From NCBI GenBank assembly GCA_964036045.1, contig OZ038378.1, positions 181,164,001-181,228,000 on the forward strand: a stretch of 64,000 nt of DNA, written 5' to 3'. The notes beneath the pieces are model-generated. The model was not told the origin of the DNA. It worked only from the letters and a program-made list of their open reading frames with translations, and ran no database searches. This DNA comes from Eutreptiella sp. 'Long Island Sound 2002' (lineage: Eukaryota > Protista > Euglenida). Position 1 is the first letter of the stretch; each line of letters opens with the position of its first letter. Position numbers and translations under genes: made by a program. This document shows, in pieces, positions 47,300-59,645 of the stretch.

Positions 47300-50290
47300 C
47301 TTCCCCCTGACCATAACGGCGTCGAGAGCTGTAAAGGTGCGCAGATCTGGGCCTCGGTTCTGTGACACGGGTTTCGCAGGATGCCGCTGCCGCTGCAAAA
47401 CAGGCCATCGCCTCTGCTTTGCTGGGCAGCTGTGGGACCATTGTTGCGGTGATGGACCTGCTGAGGTGGTCGAACCTTTGGCCCTGTTCGAAAGTGCGCA
47501 CCCCAAGCCACAAGGACCAATCACGCTCATGCCTCGCCCCACGACTGTTGTACCAATCCCTCATGAGACTCCACAGGGCGCCGCCAAACGTACCCCCGTT
47601 GGCAAATTAACCTCCTCGGGAAGGACTTGCGTGCCACACCCGACGTCCGCCCAGGTCCGCCTAGGTGCTGGAGCCAGACACAGACCTCTAGGAGCCCGCA
47701 TCCGGGGGCCCCTCCGGACAACCTCTGGAGCCGGAAGACGCCCCCCCCCCCAAATTGAGGGCACGCTGGTGGACATACATGCAGTGGGCTACTTATGACT
47801 CAATATACGCGGCAAGTACCTGAGTATAGAGCGGGCTAGGAGGACCCCCCATCCTTGGACTACACACGGCACACAGTGCTCCCCGCCAATGGCAAGACGG
47901 GGGTGGGTTTCGATGTGTATGTCTGTTTGGGGACCACCACCTGAGCAACCCTATGAGGACACCAATGCCCGTCTGATGGAGGTGCTCAACCCGTGGGGAA
48001 AGCATCATGTGCTAGTACCCCATGCCCCCTAAATCAACATCGGCCGTGAGCCCTACGTCCGTTGGTGTGCCACGATATGGCGCGGGGTTACCCGCATGGT
48101 AGACCCGGCGTCAGTATTGGTGGTGGCGGACACCAACTCCGCGGCCCGACCGGCAGACCGATGCATCCCGCGCCCGGATGATACGGGCTATCGAGCGTTC
48201 CTGAGGGCCTTCAACCTCAGGGACCCGGTGGACCTACACCCCGCCGAGGCCTACTCCTGTTTCCAAGGGACCGCTCGCTACTGCATTGACACAGTTGCCT
48301 GCTTCCGGGATGCTATGATAGCCGTGGCGTCTTGCCCCTATTGGGGTAGCACCCTCCTGTCTGACCACCCTGTTCCCCTCCTCTTCACCCTGACCCACCC
48401 AGTGAATCGGCTGGAGAAGCCCTGCCCCCACTCGGTATCCCGCACACCCAAACACCACCCGCGCCCGGTGGCCCTTTCCCCGGCAGATATGACCGACTTT
48501 TGGGCTTTGGTGCTCCGGAGACAGGATATTGACCCTTGAATTGCCCCGGTCCGCTGGGTGAAATGCCTACAGCGGGCCATCTATGATTGGGCCGCTGTTA
48601 CGGGCCGGATGAGAGATCTCGGCATCCAGCACTACCGGCTGTGATCGCGGCCCGGCGGAGAGGGCCTCCCCTACGCAATTCCCGTAGGTGCCATTCCCGG
48701 CGCGCAGCATGCTCCCCTCAGTGGGTCAGTTCACCGTAGTGGCCCAAAACATGCTAAGGGGTTCCGTGACGGTGGGGCACGCCCTCAAGCGCAGCTTGGT
48801 AGCGCTCAGGGAAGCTTAGCGGCAGCAAAGCGTTCAGGAAGTCCGGCACGTGTCTCCAATGATCCTAGGAGACCAAAGACCTTCGGTGCACCCCGGTGCA
48901 GTGGCACAAGGTCCAGCGGTGCAGCGCCGCATGACGTCGTCGAAATTCCCTTGGAGAGCAAGGCGCTGCTCGACCCCAAGGAAACCTTGTCTGCCCTGTA
49001 CACAAGCCGGATGTGGCTCCAGGGCCACAGGTACTGCATTAGGGATGACCCCGTGCGCTGGGCTCATTTCCAGCACTCCCTCCATCTCCTACCCCAACAC
49101 GCCCCACCGGTCAGAGAAGGCTACATCCAGCCTCGCCACCTATGGGAGGTGCAATCAGGCAAGCGAGGGGCCCAGGCCTCTGTGTGATTGAAGCGGATGT
49201 CTGTATTGACATCACCTGGAACCGCCATCTCACGGAGGCCGACCACGAAACCCTGTGTGGTGTCATGCACAGTCCCCTAATGTGCCGTGTAGTGGGCAAG
49301 CGCGGCTGGGTCACGCTGCTCCCCAGCCGGTCAGGGAGGTGAACCTCCGGGGTATCACCATCTCCCCCCACATCTCCAAGCGGGAGCCTACGGCCTTCTA
49401 TGCCCTGGCGACAACAGTATACCATCGGGCCCTTGGTGGACCGTGCCTCGTGGGAGGCATGAGGGGTTATGCGCATAGGCACATGAAGCCGGACCTGGCC
49501 AGGCTTCAGCGTCGGGTGGTGGACGTTCCAGTCACCGACCTTGCCAAGTTTTTTGAACCATCACCTAGGATGTCCACCCGATCATGGGGGCCTCAGTGGG
49601 CCTGGGTGACGAAGGCCACCTGGCCACCCACACGGAGGGCTTCTAGTATACCCTGCCACTAGGCCCGTGGCAATCGGATTCCCTGGCACAGCTCCCGGGT
49701 ACCCCCAAGGGAACAATACAGGGAGTCCATGCCAGCGCCACGACAGCCCTCCCCTTTCTCAAATTCATGGACATCGCCTATCATGCTTTCGCGGTGATGC
49801 CCTTTCGCTTCCCGGGGCTTATCTGGGTGGACGACACTATCGTCATCCTAGGGTTTAGCTGGATCAGCGGACGTACTACCAGGGGATCGTGCGTGTGGAT
49901 GTCCCTGACTGCAAAGTCCAGCATGAATCAACCGCGGACCCTCAACCGCTATGCTTGCCCACGTCGGAAGCCGTGACGCGACGTGTGGGCCGCACGTGGG
50001 TGACAGATAGCCCGGATGAACGGGAGGAGGCGCCGGCCGGTGCCTTGAGCTCCCGCTCTCTCAGGTCCTCAGGTACATGCGGACCCAAGTATACCTCCAG
50101 CGCACGCCCACGGCCCCCTGAAACTTGCCCGAGGTATGGGCAGCTATTTGGAAGTAGCTGCGCCCCCAAAGGCTCTCTCCGGATGCCGCCATGATGGTGC
50201 TCATGGCGAAGCTCCCGAGCAAGCAGCTCCCCCTGGCCAGCGTCTATCGCCCTACGGCCAAACTACATGCGGCCAATGACAGCCTGCGGC
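47300..50290 (+). mobile_element. Old LINE 5' half: APE endonuclease and reverse transcriptase, degenerate
   Basis: APE motifs LNIRG (~47800), VVADTNS, CID, LSDHP (~48360); RT motifs NLRGITIS..ISK, TDLAKFF, GTIQG (~49710), WVDD (49824-49835); then MVLMAKLPSK shared with the young copies. Confidence 0.85.
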
Positions 50291-51059
50291 ATTGGCACCG
50301 TGTGGACTCCGCTCACCTTGTCGGTCGTATGGTACTCACCTGGTCAAGGCGCACACCCTTGGATACATTGGAGCGCACAATGAAAAGCTTTGTCGTTCAA
50401 CAGGCTCTTAGTGCAGTGAGGCAAGATTTTCGCTGCGGATTGTGCCTGCGTGAGAGATGGTTTTGCGGGGGTTCTGAGCTGTGACTCAGTTGATGCCCTG
50501 CCGGACCTCCCGTGCATAATTTTTCTTGGACAACCTAAAGGTGATTGTCGGCCGCTTACCGGTGAGCCTGGGGATAATCTAGTCGTGCAAGGCTAGGGCC
50601 TGGTCCCACATGATCTTAAAGCCTAGAGGGCGGGCCTGCTGCAGGGCCTTCGTGTAGCTCTTCCGGCCGGCGCTCCAGCCCTTCCACCCGGTGTCTTGGA
50701 GCGCTTAGGCCCAAGAGGCCGAGGGGACCGCGACCAGCGCCACTCGGGTCCTATCATAGTTGGCTTTGGCCACCATCGCGGTGGTGAGCACGAGGAGGGC
50801 TCCCCCGGGTGGGGTGGGCCACCTTGTGGTCATCAAGGTCAAGCCGGGACGCACCCACCGGCTGATATCGGTCGTTCCACTTGATACAGACCTGTACCGG
50901 GGGGTGTGACCTAATTAAAAAACAGACAAATGCAAACCAGAGGTAATGCACTCCACAGTCAGGCATAAGTGCATCTTTATTCTTTGTACCGGGGGGGGGG
51001 GGGCACGGGATGTACACAGGGCACTGGTACACCAATACCAAAGCCCGGCTGTAGGGAGG

Positions 51060-54000
51060 CAGCGCCCGGGGCAGGGGTGGGGCAGACTAGGCATACGGGT
51101 AAACGGGAGGGCCGTGTGTCTAGCGCGCCGTGTGTAAGTGTGTGGCTATCGGCGGAAAGAGGGGTGTCGGGGAAACCTGGGTGTCACGCTCCAGGCAATT
51201 GTTGTCATCGCAGAAGTTCCTGCTGTACTCCCTCACTTTCCGCTTGCTAGTGCAGGGGTAGCTCCTGCAACACCCATGCCATTGTCCTGTTCGGGCTTAG
51301 GCGGGCCTTCAGTGACGCGGCACGCGCCTTGGCGTGGGCGTACCAGACTCTGATGGACTCCTAGATGACGTTGCGTATGAACTCTGTCCCCAGCTTGTAG
51401 GGCCCAGAGCACTCCATATGGGCCCGCTGCATGGAGGGGATTTGCAAGGCTGCTTCCCACTGCTCCATTACAGCCGGCTCCCACGGCAGATGGCGCACCG
51501 ACACAACCCGTTTTCCCACCTTTTGATCAAGCCACTCTGCAAGCCGCTGGCGAGCCGGCCCCCACTCATGGGACTATGCCGAGCACGCCCACAGGTGGGG
51601 CGCTGTTTCGGCCTGCGCTCCACAGAGGAGACACGTGGTGTCTAGCACCGTGTTCCGGTGGGAGGACCGGTGCGCCAGGACAGTCATCGTGGGTACGTTG
51701 TCCACACGGTGCGCCGTAATGGGGCGTGGCTGGTCACTATCGAACCAGTCGAGGGGGAGGCCACTACCCGATGTGTAGTTCACTCCCCACCGAGCCTCAT
51801 AGCCGACCCGCGCCGGAATGGAGGCCCGAACCTGCCACCAGTCACTGACGGCCGTTGGGGAGAGCTGGCACTAGTCCCGGTAGGTCACCGGGGGGAGAAA
51901 GGAGAAAGGGCGGCGGAGGAGCCATGTCAAGTCGACCTCCGGCGGCTCCTGCGTCGCCGCATCTACGCGGACGTTTAGGTCCATTATCTAGTGCGATGGC
52001 GTAGCAACCACGCTTATGGCCGAGGCCGGGGAGAGGCGGCGGCCCCCCAAGACCGTGGCATAGAGGTGGTGTATGCCATCCCCACAATGGCCCCCTTCTT
52101 GGTATGTCCGGAGGGCCCCCACCCTTGCCTCGGAGTTCAGCACCACCCAGTACACTCCTGGCTGTTGTGCCAACCTCCGGATGTACGATAGGAGGATCAT
52201 GGCCTTCCCTTCTTGGGAGGTGCCCACCCCGGAGGCCACGTGGGTTTGGTGGGCCTCCTGCCCACTCTGGGCGATCCCCGCCATTGCCATACCTGCCGGC
52301 GTGGTTCCCGCATCCACCGCGGCTATGGTTCCGCGGAGGGTTGCCAGCGCCGTCAGGTCATGGAACCAGATGCCCGGCTTGACGTTGGGGGCCAGCACCT
52401 GCGGGGGGTCGGTGGCCAGGCCGTGGCGCCAGAAGGGCCAGGTCCCCATGGTGCTCATGGAGGTGGGTTTTCAGGGCCGGGTAGAGCTCCGCCAGCACCG
52501 TACCCGCCGTGCTGAGCAAGTAGCATAGGGGCCCGTTATGCGGGTGCCCCGGGCATGTGTGTGCCACACACTCCACGGGGTATTTGAATTTCGCCACCAC
52601 AGCCGGGGCGATGGCTATCCACGGCCTCGGCGGTAGCACCGCGGTCACTATCACTAGGGGGGCTGGCGATGCCCGGGCCCACTACCAATACGCTTCCGCC
52701 GGCTGTGCGGACAACTAGACGAAGGTGGGTGCCCACACCCCCGCGCTCTGCAGCTGGCTCAAGGACACATGCTGGTGGTCATCCCATAGCTAGGCGTGCA
52801 AGAGCGCGTTAACTTGCACCTGGACACCCAGAAGGGCCACCAAGAGGCGATGCAGCCTAGTATCGCTCGGCAGCGTCCCCGGGGGCTAGCAGCATACCCG
52901 GAGCTCCGGCGCCTTATCTTCTGCCTCCATGGTGTCCTTCATGGCAGTCGTTACCTTGACCGCACATCCCCTATGGCACATGGTCTCCACCCGGGTGGTC
53001 TTGGCCACGCACTCCGCGGGGTACTTGAACTTTGCCACCGCGGTCGGAGCAATGGCTATCCACGGCCACGGCGGCAACGCCGTGGTGACTGTTATCAGGG
53101 GGGCAGGCGACGTCCACGTTCAATGCTAGTATGCCCCCGTCGGCTGCTCGGACAGCCAGACGATGGTGGGTGTCCGTACCCCCGTGTCCTGCAGCCGGCC
53201 TAGGAGTACAAGGTAGTGGCCATCCCATAGCCGGGCGTGCAGCGGTGCAGTCTCGTGTCGCTCTTAGCGCATCCCGGGGCTGATAGCACCCTTGGAGCTC
53301 CGGCGCCCAGTTTTCGGCTTCCATGGCATCCTTCATGGCTGGCCCGGCATCCACATGAGCAGGGACACCTCGTCTACCACCCGTTGCAGGGTACGGATGA
53401 GGTGGGGGCACCGCGGATGGTGGGTGTACTGTCCCGGGGTAAGCACGGCAGGGCAGCCCCCCCTGAGCACCTGGTGGATTTGCCTGGGACTCGCGAAAGT
53501 CCTCTTTGGCCCAAGCACCCCGCCGGACCCATTCCCGGACGACCGCGATCTGCCACAAGTGTGAGGATCAGGCTAGGCTCTGGCAGCCATGCTCCCAGGG
53601 CCCCTAGAGGGCGTCCGTGTGGGCATGGCGGCAGATACCCATCATGTGCTTGTACCCCCTCACCATTAGGGCGTCATTTGCCGCATGCACCTAGGCCGTG
53701 GGGCGGTAGACGCTAGCTAGGGGGAGCAATTTGCTCGGGAGCTTGGCCATGAGCACCATCATGGCCGCATCCGGGGAGAGCCGCTGGGGGCGCAGCTGTT
53801 TCCAGATGGCCGCCCGCACCTCCGGTAGGTTACGGGGGACCGTGGGCATGGCCTAGAGGTAGATATCCGTCCCCATATACCTGAGGACCTAGGAGGGCGG
53901 GATCTCGGGAGCTCCAGCCAACGCCTCCTCCCGTTCCTCCGGGCTATCCATCACCCACGCGCGGCCCACGTGCCGGGTTACGGCCTCAGGGGTGCGTGAG

Positions 54001-54237
54001 CGCAGCGGTTGGGGGTCGGAGGTGGAGCCATGCTGGATCTTGCGGTCAGGGACATCCACCCGTAAGATACCCTAGTAGTATGTCCGCTGGTCCGGCAAGA
54101 CACCTTGGATAGGGCGGGTTTCGCCACGCTCCAAGAGGACTGTCGTGTCTTCCACCCACATGAGCCCTGGGAAGCGAAAAGGCTGCACCGCGTACGTGCG
54201 GTATGCAATGTCCATGAACCGCAAAAGGGGGAGAGCT
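51060..54237 (-). mobile_element. Old LINE copy from the RT catalytic motif to the 3' UTR, heavily mutated
   Basis: Minus strand ALPLLRFMDIAYRTYAVQPFRFPGLMWVEDT at the right end, then colinear thumb, RNase H and CCHC with many stops. Confidence 0.85.
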
Positions 54238-57185
54238 GGTGTGGTGTGGTGTGGTGTGGTGTGCCGAAGGCGCTGTTACCAAAAGGCAAAAGGCCGGGAT
54301 GTCTACCCACGGGTAAAGGTAAACGGGCTGGGCTGTGTGTGTTGTGTGCGCGCCGTGCGTAAGTGTGTAGGCCTCGGCAGGGGGAGGGGGGGTCGGGGAG
54401 ACCTGGTGAGTTCGCCTCCGGCGACCGCGCTTATTCCAGGAGCTCCCGCTGCACCCCTTCCCTTTCCGCTTGCTGGTGCAAGCGCAGCTCCTGCAATGCC
54501 CACGCCATCGTGCTGCCCGGGCCCAGGCGGGCCTTCAGTAGTGTGGCACGCGCCTTGGCGTGGGCGTACCAGATCCGTATGGACTCCTCCACGACGTGGC
54601 GGAGGAACTCCGTGCCCAGCGAGTGGGGCCCCGTACACTCCAGGTGGGCCAGCTGCATGGAGGGGGTCCGCAGGGCTGCCGCCCACTGCTCCAGCACAGT
54701 CGGTTCCCACAGCTGGTGACGCACTGGGGCCGCCCGTGGCCCCACCTTCTGGTCAAGCCACGCTGCGAGGCGCCGGCGGGCTGGCCCCCACTCGTGCGAT
54801 TGAGCCGAGCAGGCCCACAGGTGGGGCGCCGTCTCGGGCTGTGTCCCGCACAGGAGGCACGTTGTATCCAGCACCGTGCCCCGGTGGGAGGAACGGTGGG
54901 CTAGGACGGCCATGGTCGGGACGTTGTCCATGCGATGCGCCGTGATGTGGCGCTGTTGGTCGTGGTCGAACCAGTCCAGGGGGAGGCCCCCCCCTGGCAT
55001 GAAGTTTACCCCCCAGCGGGCCTCGTAGATGGCTTGCGCCGGTATGGAGGCCCGGTCCTGCAACCAGTCACTCAGCGCCGTCGGGGAGAGCTGGCACTGG
55101 TCGCGGAAGGGCACTAGGGGGATAAATGAGTAGGGGCGCCTGAGGAGCCACGTGAGGTCTACCTCCGGCGGCTCCCGCGTCGCTGCGTCCACACGGACGT
55201 TGAGGTCCGTGATCCAGTGCGATGGTGTGGTCACCACATTGATGGCAGACCTCGGGGAGAGGCGCTGCCCCCCCAGGACAGTGGCGTAGAGGTGGTGGAT
55301 GCCATCTCCGCAGTGCCCTCCTTCCTGGTACATGCGGAGGGCCCCCACTGCTGCCTCCGAGTCCGGCACCAGCCAGTAAACCCCCTGTTGTGTCGTCAGC
55401 CGGCGGGCATACGAGAGGAGGGCCATCGCCTCCCCCTCCTGGGAGGTGCCCACTCCTGAGGCCACCTGGGCCTGATACTCCCCAGGCCCGCTCTGGACGA
55501 CCCCGGCCATGGCCATACCCGCCTGCGTGGCCCCTGCATCCACCGCCACGACACTGCCCCGGAGGGTCGCCAGCGCAGGCAGGTCATGGAACCAGACGCC
55601 TGGGCGAGTCTCAGGGGCCAACACTCGCGGGGGGTCGGTCGCCCGGCCGTGGGGCGCCAGGAGGGCCATGTCCCCATGGTGCTCCCTGAGGTGGGTGCGC
55701 AGGGCCTGGTGTAGCTCCGCTGGAACTGTCCCCACCGTATCGAGGGAGTAATAGAGGGGCCCCTTGTGCGGGTGCCCCGGGCATTTGTGCGCCATGCACT
55801 CCGCTGGATATTGGAAGCGCGCCACCGCCGCCGGGGCTATGGCGATCCACGGAAACGGCGGCAGCGTCGAGGTGACCGTCACGAGAGGGGCCTGCGATGT
55901 GCTGGCCCAGTTCCAGTAGGCGGCAGTCGGGGGGGCTGTCGTCCACACGACGGTGGGCGCCCTGACCCCAGTGCGCTGGAGCTGGGCCAGGGACTCCTGC
56001 CGGTGGTCGCCCCACAGCTGGGCGTGCAGTGGCGCATCCACCTGCACTTGGATATCCAGGAGGGCCACCAGGAGGCGGTGGAGCCTGGTGTCGCTGGGCA
56101 GGGTGCCCGGGGGCTGCTGGCACACCCGGGGTTCTGGCGCCCAGCCCGCGGTCTCCATGGTGTCCTGCAGGGCCGCGGTCATCCAGAGGGGTTGTCCCCT
56201 ATGGTATATCGTCTCCATTCGGGTGGTTTTGGCCGCCCGGCCCCCCACGATGACTTCCGCCTGATAGGTGGGCACGGCCCTCGGGATCCAGTCCTTGGGC
56301 GCCGCTTGCCATCGCGGCGTGGGTTCCCTCAGGAGCGGGACCAGTACCGCAGCGTGGCGGGCCAGCCACGCCCGTAGCCCCGGGATCCCCTTGCGGGCTG
56401 GCGCTCGCCTCTTCGGGGCTCGCTCCGGCAGCACCTGGTGATTCTCTGTGTAGAGGTCGCCGAGGTGATGGTAGCCCAGGGCCTGTACCGTTTCGTACAC
56501 CGTCGGGGGGACGACCACCTGCGCGACGGCGCCATACAGAGTTGTGTACACCTCCACCCGGGGGGCAGGGGCCGCCGCTGCCGCCGATCGCGGCCCACCG
56601 GGACCTCGGACCAGGATGGGGGTGGTCCCTGAGCACTGGCCCGGCATCCACATGGGCATGGCCACCTCATCCACGACCCGCTGCAGCGTGGCTATGAGGT
56701 GGGGGCACTTGGGGTGATGCGTGTACTGCCCCGGGGTAAGCACCGCCGGGCAGCCCCCCCTGAGCGCCTGGTGCGTTTGCAGGTAGTAGGCCTGGGAGTC
56801 CCGGAACTCCTGCTTGGCCCAGGCCCCCTGCCGAACCCACTCTCGAACTACCGCCGCCTGCCACGAGTGCTCTGACCGAGTGAGACCCTGGCACCCATGC
56901 TCCCAGGGTCCCCAGAGCGCGTCGGTATGAGCGTGGCGGGAGATGCCCGTTACGTGCTTGTATGCTCGCACCATGAGAGCATCGTTTGTCGCGTGTACCT
57001 TGGCCGTGGGGCGGTACACGCTGGCCAGGGGGAGCAGCTTGCTCGGGAGCTTGGCCATGAGCACCATCATGGCCGCGTCCGGGGAGAGCCGCTGGGGGCG
57101 GAGCTGTGTCCAGAGCTCCGCCCTGACCTCCGGCAGGTTGCGGGGGGCCGTAGGCGCCCCCTGGAGGTAAATGTCGGTTCCCGCA
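54238..57185 (-). mobile_element. Young 5'-truncated LINE, copy 1 (RT thumb, RNase H, CCHC, 3' UTR, ~5-unit tail)
   Basis: Uninterrupted ORF to TAA at 54431; RNase H motifs VAVDAG / SQEGEAMAL / LVPDSE / PSH...NVRVD; CLLCGTQPETAPHLWAC; flanked by the 21-bp direct repeat AACCGCAAAAGGGGGAGAGCT (54217-54237, 57186-57206). Confidence 0.92.
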
Positions 57186-57206
57186 AACCGCAAAAGGGGG
57201 AGAGCT

Positions 57207-59531
57207 GGTGTGGTGTGGTGTGGTGTGGTGTGGTGTGGTGTGGTGTGGTGTGGTGTGGTGTGGTGTGGTGTGGTGTGGTGTGGTGTGGTGTGGTGTGGTG
57301 TGGTGTGGTGTGGTGTGGTGTGGTGTGGTGTGGTGTGGTGTGGTGTGGTGTGGTGTGGTGTGGTGTGGTGTGGTGTGGTGTGGTGTGGTGTGGTGTGGTG
57401 TGGTGTGGTGTGGTGTGGTGTGGTGTGGTGTGCCGAAGGCGCTGTTACCAAAGGGCAAAAGGCCGGGATGTCTACCCACGGGTAAAGGTAAACGGGCTGG
57501 GCTGTGTGTGTTGTGTGCGCGCCGTGCGTAAGTGTGTTGGCCTCGGCAGGGGAAGGGGGAGTTGGGGAGACCTGGTGAGTTCGCCTCCGGCGACCGCGCT
57601 TATTCCAGGAGCTCCCGCTGCACCCCTTCCCTTTCTGCTTGCTGGTGCAAGCGCAGCTCCTGCAATGCCCACGCCATCGTGCTGCCCGGGCCCAGGCGGG
57701 CCTTCAGCAGTGTGGCACGCGCCTTGGCGTGGGCGTACCAGATCCGTATGGACTCCTCCACGACGTGGCGGAGGAACTCCGTGCCCAGCGAGTGGGGCCC
57801 CGTACACTCCAGGTGGGCCAGCTGCATGGAGGGGGTCCGCAGGGCTGCCGCCCACTGCTCCAGCACCGTCGGTTCCCACAGCTGGTGACGCACTGGGGCC
57901 GCCCGCGGCCCCACCTTCTGGTCAAGCCACGCTGCGAGGCGCCGGCGGGCTGGCCCCCACTCGTGCGATTGAGCCGAGCAGGCCCACAGGTGGGGCGCCG
58001 TCTCGGGCTGTGTCCCGCACAGGAGGCACGTTGTATCCAGCACCGTGCCCCGGTGGGAGGAACGGTGGGCCACGACGGTCATGGTCGGGACGTTGTCCAT
58101 GCGATGCGCCGTGATGTGGCGCTGCTGGTCGTGGTCGAACCAGTCCAGGGGGAGGCCCCCCCCTGGCATGAAGTTTACCCCCCAGCGGGCCTCGTAGATG
58201 GCTTGCGCCGGTATGGAGGCCCGGTCCTGCAACCAGTCACTCAGCGCCGTCGGGGAGAGCTGGCACTGGTCGCGGAAGGGCACTGGGGGGGTAAACGAGT
58301 AGGGGCGCCTGAGGAGCCACGTGAGGTCTACCTCCGGCGGCTCTCGCGTCGCTGCGTCCACACGGACGTTGAGGTCCGTGATCCAGTGCGATGGTGTGGT
58401 CACCACATTGATGGCAGACCTCGGGGAGAGGCGCTGCCCCCCCAGGACAGTGGCGTAGAGGTGGTGGATGCCATCTCCGCAGTGCCCTCCTTCCTGGTGC
58501 GTGCGGAGGGCCCCCACTGCTGCCTCCGAGTCCGGCACCAGCCAGTAAACCCCCTGCTGTGTCGCCAGCCGGCGGGCATACGAGAGGAGGGCCATCGCCT
58601 CCCCCTCCTGGGAGGTGCCCACTCCTGAGGCCACCTGGGCCTGGTACTCCCCAGGCCCGCTCTGGACGACCCCGGCCATGGCCATACCCGCCTGCGTGGC
58701 CCCTGCATCCACCGCCACGACACTGCCTCGGAGGGTCGCCAGCGCAGGCAGGTCATGGAACCAGACGCCTGGGCGAGTCTCAGGGGCCAACACTCGCGGG
58801 GGGTCGGTCGCCCGGCCGTGGGGCGCCAGGAGGGCCATGTCCCCATGGTGCTCCCTGAGGTGGGTGCGCAGGGCCTGGTGTAGCTCCGCTGGAACTGTCC
58901 CCACCGTATCGAGGGAGTAATAGAGGGGTCCCTTGTGCGGGTGCCCCGGGCATTTGTGCGCCATGCACTCCGCTGGATACTGGAAACGCGCCACCGCCGC
59001 CGGGGCTATGGCGATCCACGGAGACGGCGGCAGCGTCGAGGTGATCGTCACGAGAGGGGCCTGCGATGCGCTGGCCCGGTTCCAGTAGGCGGCAGTCGGG
59101 GGGGCTGTCGTCCACACGATGGTGGGCGCCCTGACCCCAGTGCGCTGGAGCTGGGCCAGGGACTCCTGCCGGTGGTCGCCCCACAGCTGGGCGTGTAGTG
59201 GCGCATCCACCTGCACCTGGATATCCAGGAGGGCCACCAGGAGGCGGTGGAGCCTGGTGTCGCTGGGCAGGGTGCCCGGGGGCTGCTGGCACACCCGGGG
59301 TTCTGACGCCCAGCCCGCGGTCTCCATGGTGTCCTGCAGGGCCGCGGTCATCCGGAGGGGCTGTCCCCTATGGTATATCGTCTCCATTCGGGTGGTTTTG
59401 GCCGCCCGGCCCCCCACGATGACTTCCGCCTGATAGGTGGGCACGGCCCTCGGGATCCAGTCCTTGGGCGCCGCCTGCCATCGCGGCGTGGGTTCCCTCA
59501 GGAGCGGGACCAGTACCGCAGCGTGGCGGGC
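57207..59531 (-). mobile_element. Young 5'-truncated LINE, copy 2, with ~45-unit (CACCA)n tail (57207-57432)
   Basis: Nearly identical to copy 1; ORF open to the stop at 57600; 5' end abuts another pentamer tract. Confidence 0.92.
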
Positions 59532-59645
59532 GGTGTGGTGTGGTGTGGTGTGGTGTGGTGTGGTGTGGTGTGGTGTGGTGTGGTGTGGTGTGGTGTGGTG
59601 TGGTGTGGTGTGGTGTGGTGTGGTGTGGTGTGGTGTGGTGTGGTG
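59532..59645. repeat. (GGTGT)n tract, about 22 units; tail of a third, different element extending rightwards
   Basis: Pure pentamer run followed by sequence unrelated to the 3' UTR of copies 1 and 2; a CPFC...H-like peptide on the minus strand at about 59830-59860. Confidence 0.75.

Noticed and set aside
57207-57432. (GGTGT)n as telomere or interstitial telomeric sequence
   Set aside because: Not TTAGGG-type, internal, and consistently attached to the LINE 3' UTR
54431-57451. 1006-aa ORF (and 746-aa ORF at 57600-59840) with HHTTP repeats as a novel His-rich protein
   Set aside because: The repeats are the translated (CACCA)n tail of the adjacent element reading by chance into a 5'-truncated LINE ORF
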